From positions 73,319 through 137,318 of the forward strand of contig CAKVGH010000002.1 of NCBI GenBank assembly GCA_934747255.1: a DNA stretch of 64,000 nt, in the 5' to 3' direction. This DNA is from an uncultured Clostridia bacterium. Its GTDB lineage: Bacteria > Bacillota > Clostridia > Christensenellales > UBA1242. Positions 1 to 8,826 of this stretch are shown here, piece after piece. Numbering within the stretch: position 1 is the stretch's first letter; every line of letters starts with the position of its first letter. The position numbers and the translations under genes were made by a program. Under the pieces are notes generated by a model. It saw nothing but the letters and a program-made list of their open reading frames with translations. It made no database searches and was not told where the DNA came from.

Positions 1-2
1 TA

Positions 3-320
<318 letters not shown>

Positions 321-429
321 AACTTTGTCGAAAAAATAATTTTGAATTTGAAAACTTAAATAAAATGTTTGCGATACACTAAAAAAAATGATAAAATAAA
401 TTGTAAAAAATTTTATTAGGAGAATAATT

Positions 430-864
430 ATGTTTGGAATGTTATTAGAAGATGCATCATTTTTTAGTAAATACGGCTTGTTGATTATTTTGGTTGTATT
501 ACTAATTGCAATGTTTGTATGGAACTTTTTTAGACAAAAAAAGGCTGTTCAACAGGAAGAAGAAATGCAAAAGTCAATCACTGTTGGAACAAAAGTAAAA
601 ACTTATTCTGGCGTGTATGGAACTGTTGTTAGTATTTACGATACAACAGACGGCAGAGTTGCTGTTTTATCATTAGATGGTAAATCTACAATGGAAGTTG
701 ATTTTAGGTCACTTTATTGCGTTGATAAAAAGAGAATGATTGACGATGAAGAGCCAGTTCAACCAGCGGGAGAAGAAGCAAAACCAGAAGTTGTTTCTGC
801 ACCAGAAAAAGTAGAAGCAGTTGAAGATAAAAAGGAAGATAAAAAAGATAAATCTTCAAAATAG
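430..864 (+). CDS. yajC: preprotein translocase subunit YajC (with long acidic/Lys-rich tail)
   Basis: SD aggag lies 6 nt upstream. One N-terminal TM helix is followed by VGTKVKTYSGVYGTVVSI...GRVAVLSL, typical of YajC. Position is downstream of tgt. Confidence 0.8.
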   Translation: MFGMLLEDASFFSKYGLLIILVVLLIAMFVWNFFRQKKAVQQEEEMQKSITVGTKVKTYSGVYGTVVSIYDTTDGRVAVLSLDGKSTMEVDFRSLYCVDKKRMIDDEEPVQPAGEEAKPEVVSAPEKVEAVEDKKEDKKDKSSK

Positions 865-875
865 TTAGTTATAAA

Positions 876-901
876 AAGCAAGACATTTATCTTGCTTTTT
901 T
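876..901 (+). terminator. intrinsic terminator after yajC
   Basis: aagcaaga (876-883) pairs with tcttgctt (890-897), followed by a T-run. Confidence 0.75.
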
Positions 902-1015
902 GTTGCCCAAATTCAATAATTAGTTTGCTAAAAAATGCTTTATATTTTTGCCATAAAATAGATTTTTTAGTGCGATAAAAAAATGTCTTATTTTGTAAAA
1001 AAATTCAATAAAATA

Positions 1016-1044
1016 TTGACACTAATTCTCATTTGTGATATTAT
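1016..1044 (+). promoter_or_regulatory. sigma-A type promoter of the ABC transporter operon
   Basis: TTGACA (1016-1021), 17-nt spacer, TATTAT (1039-1044). The ATG at 1054 is only 10 nt after the -10. Confidence 0.55.
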
Positions 1045-1053
1045 ACATTTAAT

Positions 1054-2040
1054 ATGTCAATTATAAAGTTTAATAATATTTCAAAAGAGTTCAAAATTTC
1101 TATTAGAAAAAAAGGTTTTTGGGGAGCAATAAAAGGACTATTTGTTCGTAAATACAAAATTGTTAAGGCTCTAAAAAATGTCAGTTTTGAGATTGAACAA
1201 GGAGATATTGTTGGCTATATTGGGCCAAATGGTGCAGGAAAATCAACCACTATTAAAATTATGAGTGGAATATTAAATCCATCGTCTGGCGAGTGTGAAA
1301 TAGATGGTTTTTGTCCTTGGAAAGACCGTAAAAAATATGTCAAGAACATTGGCGTTGTTTTTGGTCAGCGTTCGCAACTTTGGTGGGATGTTCCTGTAAT
1401 AGAAAGTTTTGAGTTGCTTCGTGATATTTATAAAATTCCAACAGATGTTTATAACAAAAATTTGGAGTTATTAACAAAAACTCTTAATTTACAAGATTTG
1501 CTTATTAGACCATTAAGACAATTGAGTTTGGGTCAAAAAATGAAGTGCGAACTTGCTGGCGCATTGCTTCATAAACCAAAAATTTTGTTTTTAGACGAGC
1601 CAACTATTGGTCTTGATGCGGTTACAAAACTTGCTGTTAGAGATTTTGTAAAATACATAAACAAAGAGTGGGGTACAACCATTATTTTAACCACTCACGA
1701 TATGAATGATATTGAAGCGCTAACCAACAAAATAATTTTGATTGGTCGTGGCGAGATTTTGTACAATGGCAGTTTTAGTGCAATAAAAGAAAAATATGGT
1801 GCTAAAAAAGTTATAAATGTTCAATTTTCAAAGGCTTATGATAAAATTGAACTTGATGATTATACGGTAGTAAAACATAATCAAAATGTTGCAACATTGA
1901 CAAATAATGATGGCGTAGTTTTTCACGCAAAAGATTTTATTTCAAAAATTAGTGAAAAGTACGATGTTGTTGACTTTTCGGTGGAAGCAATAAGTGTTGA
2001 CGAAGTTTTGGCAAAAGTTTATAAAGATTATAATTTATAG
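1054..2040 (+). CDS. ABC transporter ATP-binding protein (uncharacterised ABC-2 type system, COG4586-like)
   Basis: Walker A GPNGAGKSTT, signature LSLGQKMK, Walker B ILFLDEPT, H-loop TTHD. The N-terminal FKISIRKKGFWGAIKGLFVRKYKIVKAL is typical of this subfamily. Confidence 0.9.
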   Translation: MSIIKFNNISKEFKISIRKKGFWGAIKGLFVRKYKIVKALKNVSFEIEQGDIVGYIGPNGAGKSTTIKIMSGILNPSSGECEIDGFCPWKDRKKYVKNIGVVFGQRSQLWWDVPVIESFELLRDIYKIPTDVYNKNLELLTKTLNLQDLLIRPLRQLSLGQKMKCELAGALLHKPKILFLDEPTIGLDAVTKLAVRDFVKYINKEWGTTIILTTHDMNDIEALTNKIILIGRGEILYNGSFSAIKEKYGAKKVINVQFSKAYDKIELDDYTVVKHNQNVATLTNNDGVVFHAKDFISKISEKYDVVDFSVEAISVDEVLAKVYKDYNL

Positions 2041-2047
2041 GAGTGGA

Positions 2048-2845
2048 ATGAAATCGTATCTAGGAATTTTCAATATGCAATTCAAGGGCGAATTGCAGTA
2101 TAGAGCAAAGGCTTTTTCGGGTATTTTAACTCAATTTTTCTGGGGACTTTTGTACATTTGCCTATACACAGCATTTATGAAAAACGGAATAGTAAATGGA
2201 TTTTCGGTTTCACAAATGACAAGTTATGTTTGGCTCAGTCAAGCATTTTTTGTTATTCGCTTTGTTGGTATCGGTAAAAATGTTGGTAGCGAGATTACAT
2301 CTGGTAATGTCTGCTATAAATTTGTTAGACCAATAAATGTTTACAATTTGTGGTATGCCGAATATCTTGGCGAAAAACTTGCTGCGTCCGCACTTCGATT
2401 TGCTCCTATTATAGTTATTGCATTTTGCCTTCCACAAGGTTTTAATATGTCTTTGCCAGCAAGCGTGCCAGCATTTTTCCTATTCTTGCTCACTTTAATT
2501 TTAGGACTACTTATCAGTGTGGCACTTTCGATGTTTGCTGTTAACATTATCTTCAAAACCCTATCAGTTAAAGGTTCAACTGGCATTGTTTCTACAATTT
2601 GTGGACTGCTAGGCGGATTTTACATACCACTTCCATTTTTACCTAAAACACTTCAAACCATTTTAAGTTACTTGCCATTTAGATATGTCGGCGATTTGCC
2701 TTTTAGAATTTATGTTGGTAGCATTTCGGTTACTGATGGACTAATTTATGCTGGAATTTCGGTTGGCTGGCTTGTAATATTAGTATTGCTTGGTAAACTT
2801 TTAATGAAAAAAGCATTAAAAAAGACCATTATACAGGGAGGTTAA
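2048..2845 (+). CDS. ABC-2 family transporter permease
   Basis: Multi-TM protein directly after the ATPase. Start moved from track 1994 to the ATG at 2048 (MKSYLG), which follows aggag at 2039-2043. Confidence 0.7.
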   Translation: MKSYLGIFNMQFKGELQYRAKAFSGILTQFFWGLLYICLYTAFMKNGIVNGFSVSQMTSYVWLSQAFFVIRFVGIGKNVGSEITSGNVCYKFVRPINVYNLWYAEYLGEKLAASALRFAPIIVIAFCLPQGFNMSLPASVPAFFLFLLTLILGLLISVALSMFAVNIIFKTLSVKGSTGIVSTICGLLGGFYIPLPFLPKTLQTILSYLPFRYVGDLPFRIYVGSISVTDGLIYAGISVGWLVILVLLGKLLMKKALKKTIIQGG

Positions 2846-2846
2846 A

Positions 2847-3623
2847 ATGTATAGAAAATTTATTAGTATGCACTTTAAGTCTTCGTTTGAATACCGATTA
2901 AATATGTTTATGGTGGGCTTTTCTCAACTTATCATATCAGTTGGCGAACTTTTATCGGTTTGGCTACTGTTTAGACAATTTGAAAGTGTTGGAGAGTGGG
3001 GATTTTACGAAGCCGCTTTGGTGTTTGGTATTATAACAACAGTCTTTTCACTAGCAGAGTGTTTTGCAAGGGGTTATGATGAGTTTCCAAATCTAATAAA
3101 AAAAGGCGAACTTGATAGAATGCTTGTAAGACCTGTTGGTATTCATAAGCAAATTTTTGGCAGTAGAATTGAGTTTATAAAATTGGCTAGGTCGGTTTTA
3201 GGCTTGGTGGTATCAATTATCGCACTTGTAAACTTGCATATAGACTGGAATATTTGGAAGGTTTTAGTCTTAATTTCTTCATACATCTGCGGTTGCCTTG
3301 TTATTTGGGGAATATTCCTTGTGGGTGCGGGAATTAGTATTTATACCGTTGAAAATTTGGAATTTATAAATATCATGACAAACGGAAGTAAAGAACTTGC
3401 TTTTTACCCAATAAATATCTACAAAAAATGGCTAACTAGAATTTTTACTTTTATTATTCCTATCGCTTGTTTTAACTACTTGCCAGTGTCTTTCATAGTC
3501 GAAAAGGGTAGCCTTTCACCAATTATTTATGGCATTTCGCCAATTCTTGGTATGCTATTTGTCATTCCTTGCTTGCTGTTTTTTAATTATAGTCTTAAAA
3601 AATATCAAAGCACAGGCACATAA
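2847..3623 (+). CDS. ABC-2 family transporter permease (second subunit)
   Basis: Multi-TM protein. Its start lies 1 nt after the previous stop, with SD gggagg upstream. Confidence 0.7.
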   Translation: MYRKFISMHFKSSFEYRLNMFMVGFSQLIISVGELLSVWLLFRQFESVGEWGFYEAALVFGIITTVFSLAECFARGYDEFPNLIKKGELDRMLVRPVGIHKQIFGSRIEFIKLARSVLGLVVSIIALVNLHIDWNIWKVLVLISSYICGCLVIWGIFLVGAGISIYTVENLEFINIMTNGSKELAFYPINIYKKWLTRIFTFIIPIACFNYLPVSFIVEKGSLSPIIYGISPILGMLFVIPCLLFFNYSLKKYQSTGT

Positions 3624-3724
3624 TTAAAACTTGCTTTATTGTTAAATTTTTTATTTGCAAAAACATTTTAAGCGATTTAATAAAAGTACTTGATTTTATA
3701 ACAACTAATTTTATTTTTAATAAA

Positions 3725-3752
3725 AATAACTGGCTTTTCCAGTTATTTTTTT
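3725..3752. terminator. bidirectional intrinsic terminator between the convergent ABC operon and the yrzE-like gene
   Basis: Perfect 9-bp stem aataactgg (3725-3733) / ccagttatt (3739-3747), flanked by an A-run and a T-run. Confidence 0.75.
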
Positions 3753-3843
3753 CTGACTAAAATTTTTATGCTAAATTTGACAATCAAAAATGTTTTTTTG
3801 TTAGTAATTTCAAACAAAATTTAATGATTGCAAACAACTTTTA

Positions 3844-4236
3844 TTATTTTTTTGCATTTACGCAAATTGCTCCACAGATTGCTCCTGTAATTGCACTAAA
3901 AACTAGGTCAATTAAAAGAGAAATATCAAATTTGAATGAGCCGTTCAAAATAGAGAAGACGACAAAAGCAATTATTGTGTAGCAAATTCCAACGATTATG
4001 CCAGTGAGCATACCTTTTTGTTTTGTTTTTTTAAGAATAATTAGTGTTCCAAAAAAAATGCTTAAAATTTTAATAATTTGATTGATAGGTTTGATTAAGC
4101 CATCACTCATACCTGTCAGTTTGATGATAAACGCAAAAACTAAAATAGCAACTAAACTTATGCAAACGGCTAAAAGCGCTCCTTTCAAACTGCTCAAAAT
4201 TAGACTCTTATTTTCCTTACTTTTAACTTGTTCCAT
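3844..4236 (-). CDS. small 4-TM membrane protein, YrzE/TIGR04086-like
   Basis: 130 aa with four hydrophobic helices and SD aaggag upstream. Position between yajC and secDF parallels B. subtilis yrzE. Family assignment is from memory only. Confidence 0.45.
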   Translation of the reverse strand: MEQVKSKENKSLILSSLKGALLAVCISLVAILVFAFIIKLTGMSDGLIKPINQIIKILSIFFGTLIILKKTKQKGMLTGIIVGICYTIIAFVVFSILNGSFKFDISLLIDLVFSAITGAICGAICVNAKK

Positions 4237-4403
4237 ATAAACTCCTTTTTATATTTTATTTTATTAGCCTTTTATGGCAATTATTACTTATAAAATCTAA
4301 AAAAAAGTTAATGATTATTTATCTTTTACTACAAAAAATTTGACTATTTAATATATATTTTATATACTTAATAAGAATTTTTATATTATAGGAGTAACTA
4401 ATC

Positions 4404-5744
4404 GTGAAAAAGAAAAAAGCAATACTTAATTTTGCGGGAATAATTTTTGTATGTGTTTTGCTTGTAGTATTGTCAGTTTTTAGATTTTTCGTTCCAAATT
4501 CATCAAACGAATATATGGGATTTTTGAGAGCAATAAATCTAGGTATTGATTTTAAGGGCGGAACAACATTGGTAATAAATGCAAAAAATACCAACACTGA
4601 TTCCGTAAATTTTAGCGTAGGCGTTAATGCACACGCAAACAGAATTCAAAAAATTTTAGATGACTATAACTATGATGGTAAAGTCTATCAAGTTGCAGGA
4701 AACAATTTGAGAATTGAACTCTATGATGAGTACAATACAGAAGAAATTATGGATTTAATTTCTATCTTGCCGGCAAACAATACAATCAGTATGAGAGCGG
4801 AAGAAGACACTTCTGCACAAGTTTATTTAACAGAAGACGATTTAATGGAAATCTATGCTATGGAAAATAGTGCTTATGGCTATTCTTCTAATGCATCTAG
4901 ATATGGCGTTTATATTAAATTTACAGCAGCAGGTAGAGAGAAATTCAAAGAATTAACAACAGCGGTTGCTGCAAAATCAGACAACAAAAATGTTTATATT
5001 TACATTGGTGATTCGCTATTCCAAACAGTTCCTGTATCGGAAGCAATTGACCAAGATTATATTTTCATCAATGGCGTAAGTCAATTAAACACTTTGGACG
5101 GCGCAAATCAATATGCTGGACAACTACTTTCTACAAAGTATGACTTTGAATTTGAAAAAGTTAGTCAAAACATCATTACAAAAGCAGACGCAAAAAGGTC
5201 ACTAATCTTGGCTTGTTCAATTTCTGGTGCTATTGTGCTAATTTGCTTAATCGTTTTGATTGTTAAGTTCAAAAAATTAGGACTTGTAAATGCTCTTGCA
5301 TTATTTGTGGGCTTATTACTTCAAATCATATTGCTTCAAGCAGTACCAGATGTTGTGTTATCATCAACAGCACTTGTTGGTAGTGTTATAACATTTGTTC
5401 TTGGATTTGTAATGGTTTACTATATGCTTGAAAAAATCAAGCAAGAATATGCAGTCGGCAAAAAGGCTCATTCAAGTTTCAAATTTGGCTTCCAAAAGAA
5501 TTATAAAACTCAACTAGAAATTTCTATTTCATATTTAGTTGCTTGTATTATATTCTACATTTTTGGCTCACTAGCAATAAAATACTTTGCTTTGGCTTCA
5601 ATAATTGGCATTGTTGTTTACGGATTTAGTGCAATCTTAATTGCAAAATGGTTCAATAATATGTGCTTTGATTTGTATCTTGAAAAGGTAGAAAACTATG
5701 GATTTACAAGGGAGGCTCACATCAATGAACTCGAAAAAATTTAA
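4404..5744 (+). CDS. secD: protein translocase subunit SecD (divergent)
   Basis: GTG start after taggag. TM1 is followed by GIDFKGGTTLVI, a large extracytoplasmic domain and a C-terminal 5-TM bundle ending in an ...LEKIKQEY-type motif. secF follows. Confidence 0.8.
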   Translation: MKKKKAILNFAGIIFVCVLLVVLSVFRFFVPNSSNEYMGFLRAINLGIDFKGGTTLVINAKNTNTDSVNFSVGVNAHANRIQKILDDYNYDGKVYQVAGNNLRIELYDEYNTEEIMDLISILPANNTISMRAEEDTSAQVYLTEDDLMEIYAMENSAYGYSSNASRYGVYIKFTAAGREKFKELTTAVAAKSDNKNVYIYIGDSLFQTVPVSEAIDQDYIFINGVSQLNTLDGANQYAGQLLSTKYDFEFEKVSQNIITKADAKRSLILACSISGAIVLICLIVLIVKFKKLGLVNALALFVGLLLQIILLQAVPDVVLSSTALVGSVITFVLGFVMVYYMLEKIKQEYAVGKKAHSSFKFGFQKNYKTQLEISISYLVACIIFYIFGSLAIKYFALASIIGIVVYGFSAILIAKWFNNMCFDLYLEKVENYGFTREAHINELEKI

Positions 5745-6381
5745 TGTTTATAAAAGTGCCGTTGGTTTCGATATAGCCAGTGGATTACTATTGATTGCAG
5801 GACTTGTTGTTGGAATAATCTTGGGATTTAGTTCAACAATAGTTATAAGTTCTTCTGCAATCTTAAATACAGTTATTGCAACACTAATCTTTATGCTAGT
5901 TCTATTCATTTATCTAGCAGTTAGATACGAAGCATACACTGGATTTACAGCAATTCTTGCAGTTGCTCATAATGTTATGCTAACAACCGCTTTGGTTTGC
6001 ATATTTAGATTGCCTATCAATGATTCATTTATGATAGTTGTTATGACAGTTTGCGGATTAACAGCAATTAACAATCTTGTTTTATTTGCAAACAAAAAGG
6101 AATATCACAAAACAGAAAATAGAGAACAACTTGTAAACTCTATGGTTGGTGAAAAGTTAAAATCACTAATTTTAATAAACTGCGTTATCTTTACAGCAGT
6201 TATGCTTATGATTTTTACTTTTGATAAGAGCATTATAATGTTTGTTAGACCAATGCTAATTGGTATAATTGCAACAATGTATAGTTCAATCTTTATGGTT
6301 GCACCATTCTGGGGTTACTTTGTTAAGGAAAAGAAAGTTAGAAAACAAGATAATTTAGTTGAAAAAGATTATATAAAGTAA
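5725..6381 (+). CDS. secF: protein translocase subunit SecF (short, lacks the periplasmic domain)
   Basis: Start moved to the ATG at 5725 (MNSKKF) after gggagg at 5709-5714. VRYEAYTGFTAILAVAHNVMLT resembles the SecF FRFEW...HDV motif. 6 TM. Confidence 0.75.
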   Translation: MNSKKFNVYKSAVGFDIASGLLLIAGLVVGIILGFSSTIVISSSAILNTVIATLIFMLVLFIYLAVRYEAYTGFTAILAVAHNVMLTTALVCIFRLPINDSFMIVVMTVCGLTAINNLVLFANKKEYHKTENREQLVNSMVGEKLKSLILINCVIFTAVMLMIFTFDKSIIMFVRPMLIGIIATMYSSIFMVAPFWGYFVKEKKVRKQDNLVEKDYIK

Positions 6382-6400
6382 ATTAAATAATAAAAATAAA

Positions 6401-6426
6401 AATAGCCACAACATAGTGGCTATTTT
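6401..6426 (+). terminator. intrinsic terminator after secF
   Basis: aatagccac (6401-6409) / gtggctatt (6416-6424), then Ts. Confidence 0.7.
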
Positions 6427-6456
6427 AGGATAAAGATATATGAAGGAAAATATGAT

Positions 6457-8814
6457 ATGATATTCAAACAGAAGCGATATGAGTTAAATGATAATGATAT
6501 TGATTTTTTATCAAAGCAAACGGGATTAAGTCAGGTAGTAACAAAAATTTTGGTGTCTAGGGGTTATAATTCGCTAGAAAAAATAAATGAGTTTTTAAGT
6601 CCAAATTTATCTCAATTACACGACCCGTTCTTGCTAAAAAATATGGACATAGTAACTGAAAAAATAAAAAATGCTATCAAAAATAAAAAAAGAATTTTAA
6701 TTTTTGGCGATTACGATGTTGACGGAATTAGTGCTACAGCCATACTTTATAAGTATTTTCAAAGCAAAGGTGTAACACCATTTTATTATTTGCCAAATAG
6801 GTATGAAGACGGTTATGGACTAACAATAGATACCGCAAAAAAGGTAATTAGTAATTTTAATCCAGAATTTTTAATCACAGTTGACTGTGGAATTTCTTGT
6901 GCAAATGAAGTGGAATTTTTGATGCAAAATGGCGTTGATGTTGTTGTAACAGACCACCACGAAATCCCACAAGTTTTGCCATCTTGTCCAGTAATTGACG
7001 CAAAAATGGAAGGTCAAGAGTATCCATTTAAGGACCTTTGTGGAGCGGGGGTTGCATTAAAAATAGTGCAGGCGTTGGGCGAAAATTTAGATGAATATTT
7101 GCCAATTTGTGCTATTGCAACTATTGCCGACATTGTAAGTCTAACTGACGAAAACCGTGCCATTGTTGTTTGTGGGTTAAAGAATTTTAACCACTTGCCA
7201 AAAGGGTTAAAAATGCTAATTGATGGTCTAAAAATCACTAATGTTTCAAGTGGAGACATTGCCTTTAAGATAGCACCAAAAATCAATGCTTCTGGAAGAA
7301 TGGGTGATGCCACAATATCGCTTAACCTTTATATATATCAAGATGATAAAATTTTAAGAGATAGTTTGGAAAAACTAACCGAAATGAATAATCATAGGCA
7401 AGAACTTTGCACGATTATTTATAACGATGCGATAGAACTATTAAAAAAAGAAAATCAAAATGACAAACGAGCAATTATTCTGTCTAGTACCAACTGGGAT
7501 AGTGGACTTCTTGGCATTGTTTGTGCTAGATTAACCGAAGAATTTAACAAGCCTACCTTTTTGTTTAGCGAAGTTGACGGCTTGCTTCGTGGTTCTGTTA
7601 GAAGTATTGCACAAATCAACATTCATCAAGTTTTATCATCAACTAGCACGCTACTAGAAACCTTTGGCGGTCACTCTATGGCGGCTGGACTAACATTAAA
7701 AAAAGAAAATTTTACTAAATTTAAGTATGAGATAGAAAATTACTTTCTCAAAAATTTTTCATACAAAGATTTTATTAACATTAAGGAATACGACCTTAAC
7801 ATTGACAGCAAAATAATCAATCAAAAAATGGTTAGAGAATTGGAAGTTTTAGAACCCTGTGGTTGTGGAAATCCAAAGCCAATTTTCTATACAAAATTTA
7901 GTAATTTGAAAGCATCTGTTATGAAAAACTATGCTCAACACTTAAATTTAGTAACACCAGAAAACTTTTCATTTATTTCGTTCAATAATGGTACTATGCA
8001 AGAACTAATCGAAAATAGTTATGTTTGCGAACTAACTTACGAGTTGCAAATCAACGAATTTAGAAACAAAAGTTATGTTAAAGGGCTTGTTAAAAATATC
8101 AAATGTTCGGGCTATAAGGACTCGTTAAAAGATTATGTTTGCGGAAATTATTTGGAGCAATTACAATTAAACAAATCGGGCTATAAAAACTCATTTTATA
8201 ACTACGATAACCTAACATTTTTGCTTAATAAACTAACAGCAAAATCAAGTTATGGCACTTTGCTTGTTTGTAATGATTTGGTTTCAGCAAAAAATTTAAG
8301 TATGTACTTGTTTACACATCAATTTGACTTTTATTTTAAGGAAATCAATTCAAATTCATCAAACAATGCAATTGTTGTTGGACTTGATAGTCAAAAGAAC
8401 TTGTCAAATTATAGCAATATAGTTTTTTTAGAGCCATTACTCAATATGGACTACTTAAACAACTTTAAGGGTAATTTGTATTTACCTAAAAATCACGATG
8501 TAAATCTATACGATTTAGGCCTAAATTTTTCACACGAATATTTTAGCAATATTTACAAAAAAATGCTTGCTTATCATAAAACACTAAAAGGCAAAAGTAA
8601 GTACGAATACTACTGTAAATTAAAACAAATTATGGCGGAACAAAAGGGCTTTTCTTATGCACAATTTGTGCTATGCGTAAACACTTTTGTAGAACTAGGG
8701 TTTATTGTCGAAAATAAACAAAATGGCTATGCGTTAGAGTTTAATCGTGACGCACAAAAAAGAGAACTTATAACAGCCAAGTTCTACGATAGAGCAAAAA
8801 AATTATTAGAATAG
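6457..8814 (+). CDS. recJ: single-stranded-DNA-specific exonuclease RecJ
   Basis: DHH-family motifs FGDYDVDGISA, TVDCG, VTDHH and GGHSMAAG (DHHA1). Length is about that of Bacillus RecJ, and rel follows. Confidence 0.9.
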   Translation: MIFKQKRYELNDNDIDFLSKQTGLSQVVTKILVSRGYNSLEKINEFLSPNLSQLHDPFLLKNMDIVTEKIKNAIKNKKRILIFGDYDVDGISATAILYKYFQSKGVTPFYYLPNRYEDGYGLTIDTAKKVISNFNPEFLITVDCGISCANEVEFLMQNGVDVVVTDHHEIPQVLPSCPVIDAKMEGQEYPFKDLCGAGVALKIVQALGENLDEYLPICAIATIADIVSLTDENRAIVVCGLKNFNHLPKGLKMLIDGLKITNVSSGDIAFKIAPKINASGRMGDATISLNLYIYQDDKILRDSLEKLTEMNNHRQELCTIIYNDAIELLKKENQNDKRAIILSSTNWDSGLLGIVCARLTEEFNKPTFLFSEVDGLLRGSVRSIAQINIHQVLSSTSTLLETFGGHSMAAGLTLKKENFTKFKYEIENYFLKNFSYKDFINIKEYDLNIDSKIINQKMVRELEVLEPCGCGNPKPIFYTKFSNLKASVMKNYAQHLNLVTPENFSFISFNNGTMQELIENSYVCELTYELQINEFRNKSYVKGLVKNIKCSGYKDSLKDYVCGNYLEQLQLNKSGYKNSFYNYDNLTFLLNKLTAKSSYGTLLVCNDLVSAKNLSMYLFTHQFDFYFKEINSNSSNNAIVVGLDSQKNLSNYSNIVFLEPLLNMDYLNNFKGNLYLPKNHDVNLYDLGLNFSHEYFSNIYKKMLAYHKTLKGKSKYEYYCKLKQIMAEQKGFSYAQFVLCVNTFVELGFIVENKQNGYALEFNRDAQKRELITAKFYDRAKKLLE

Positions 8815-8826
8815 GGGGGAGTAATT

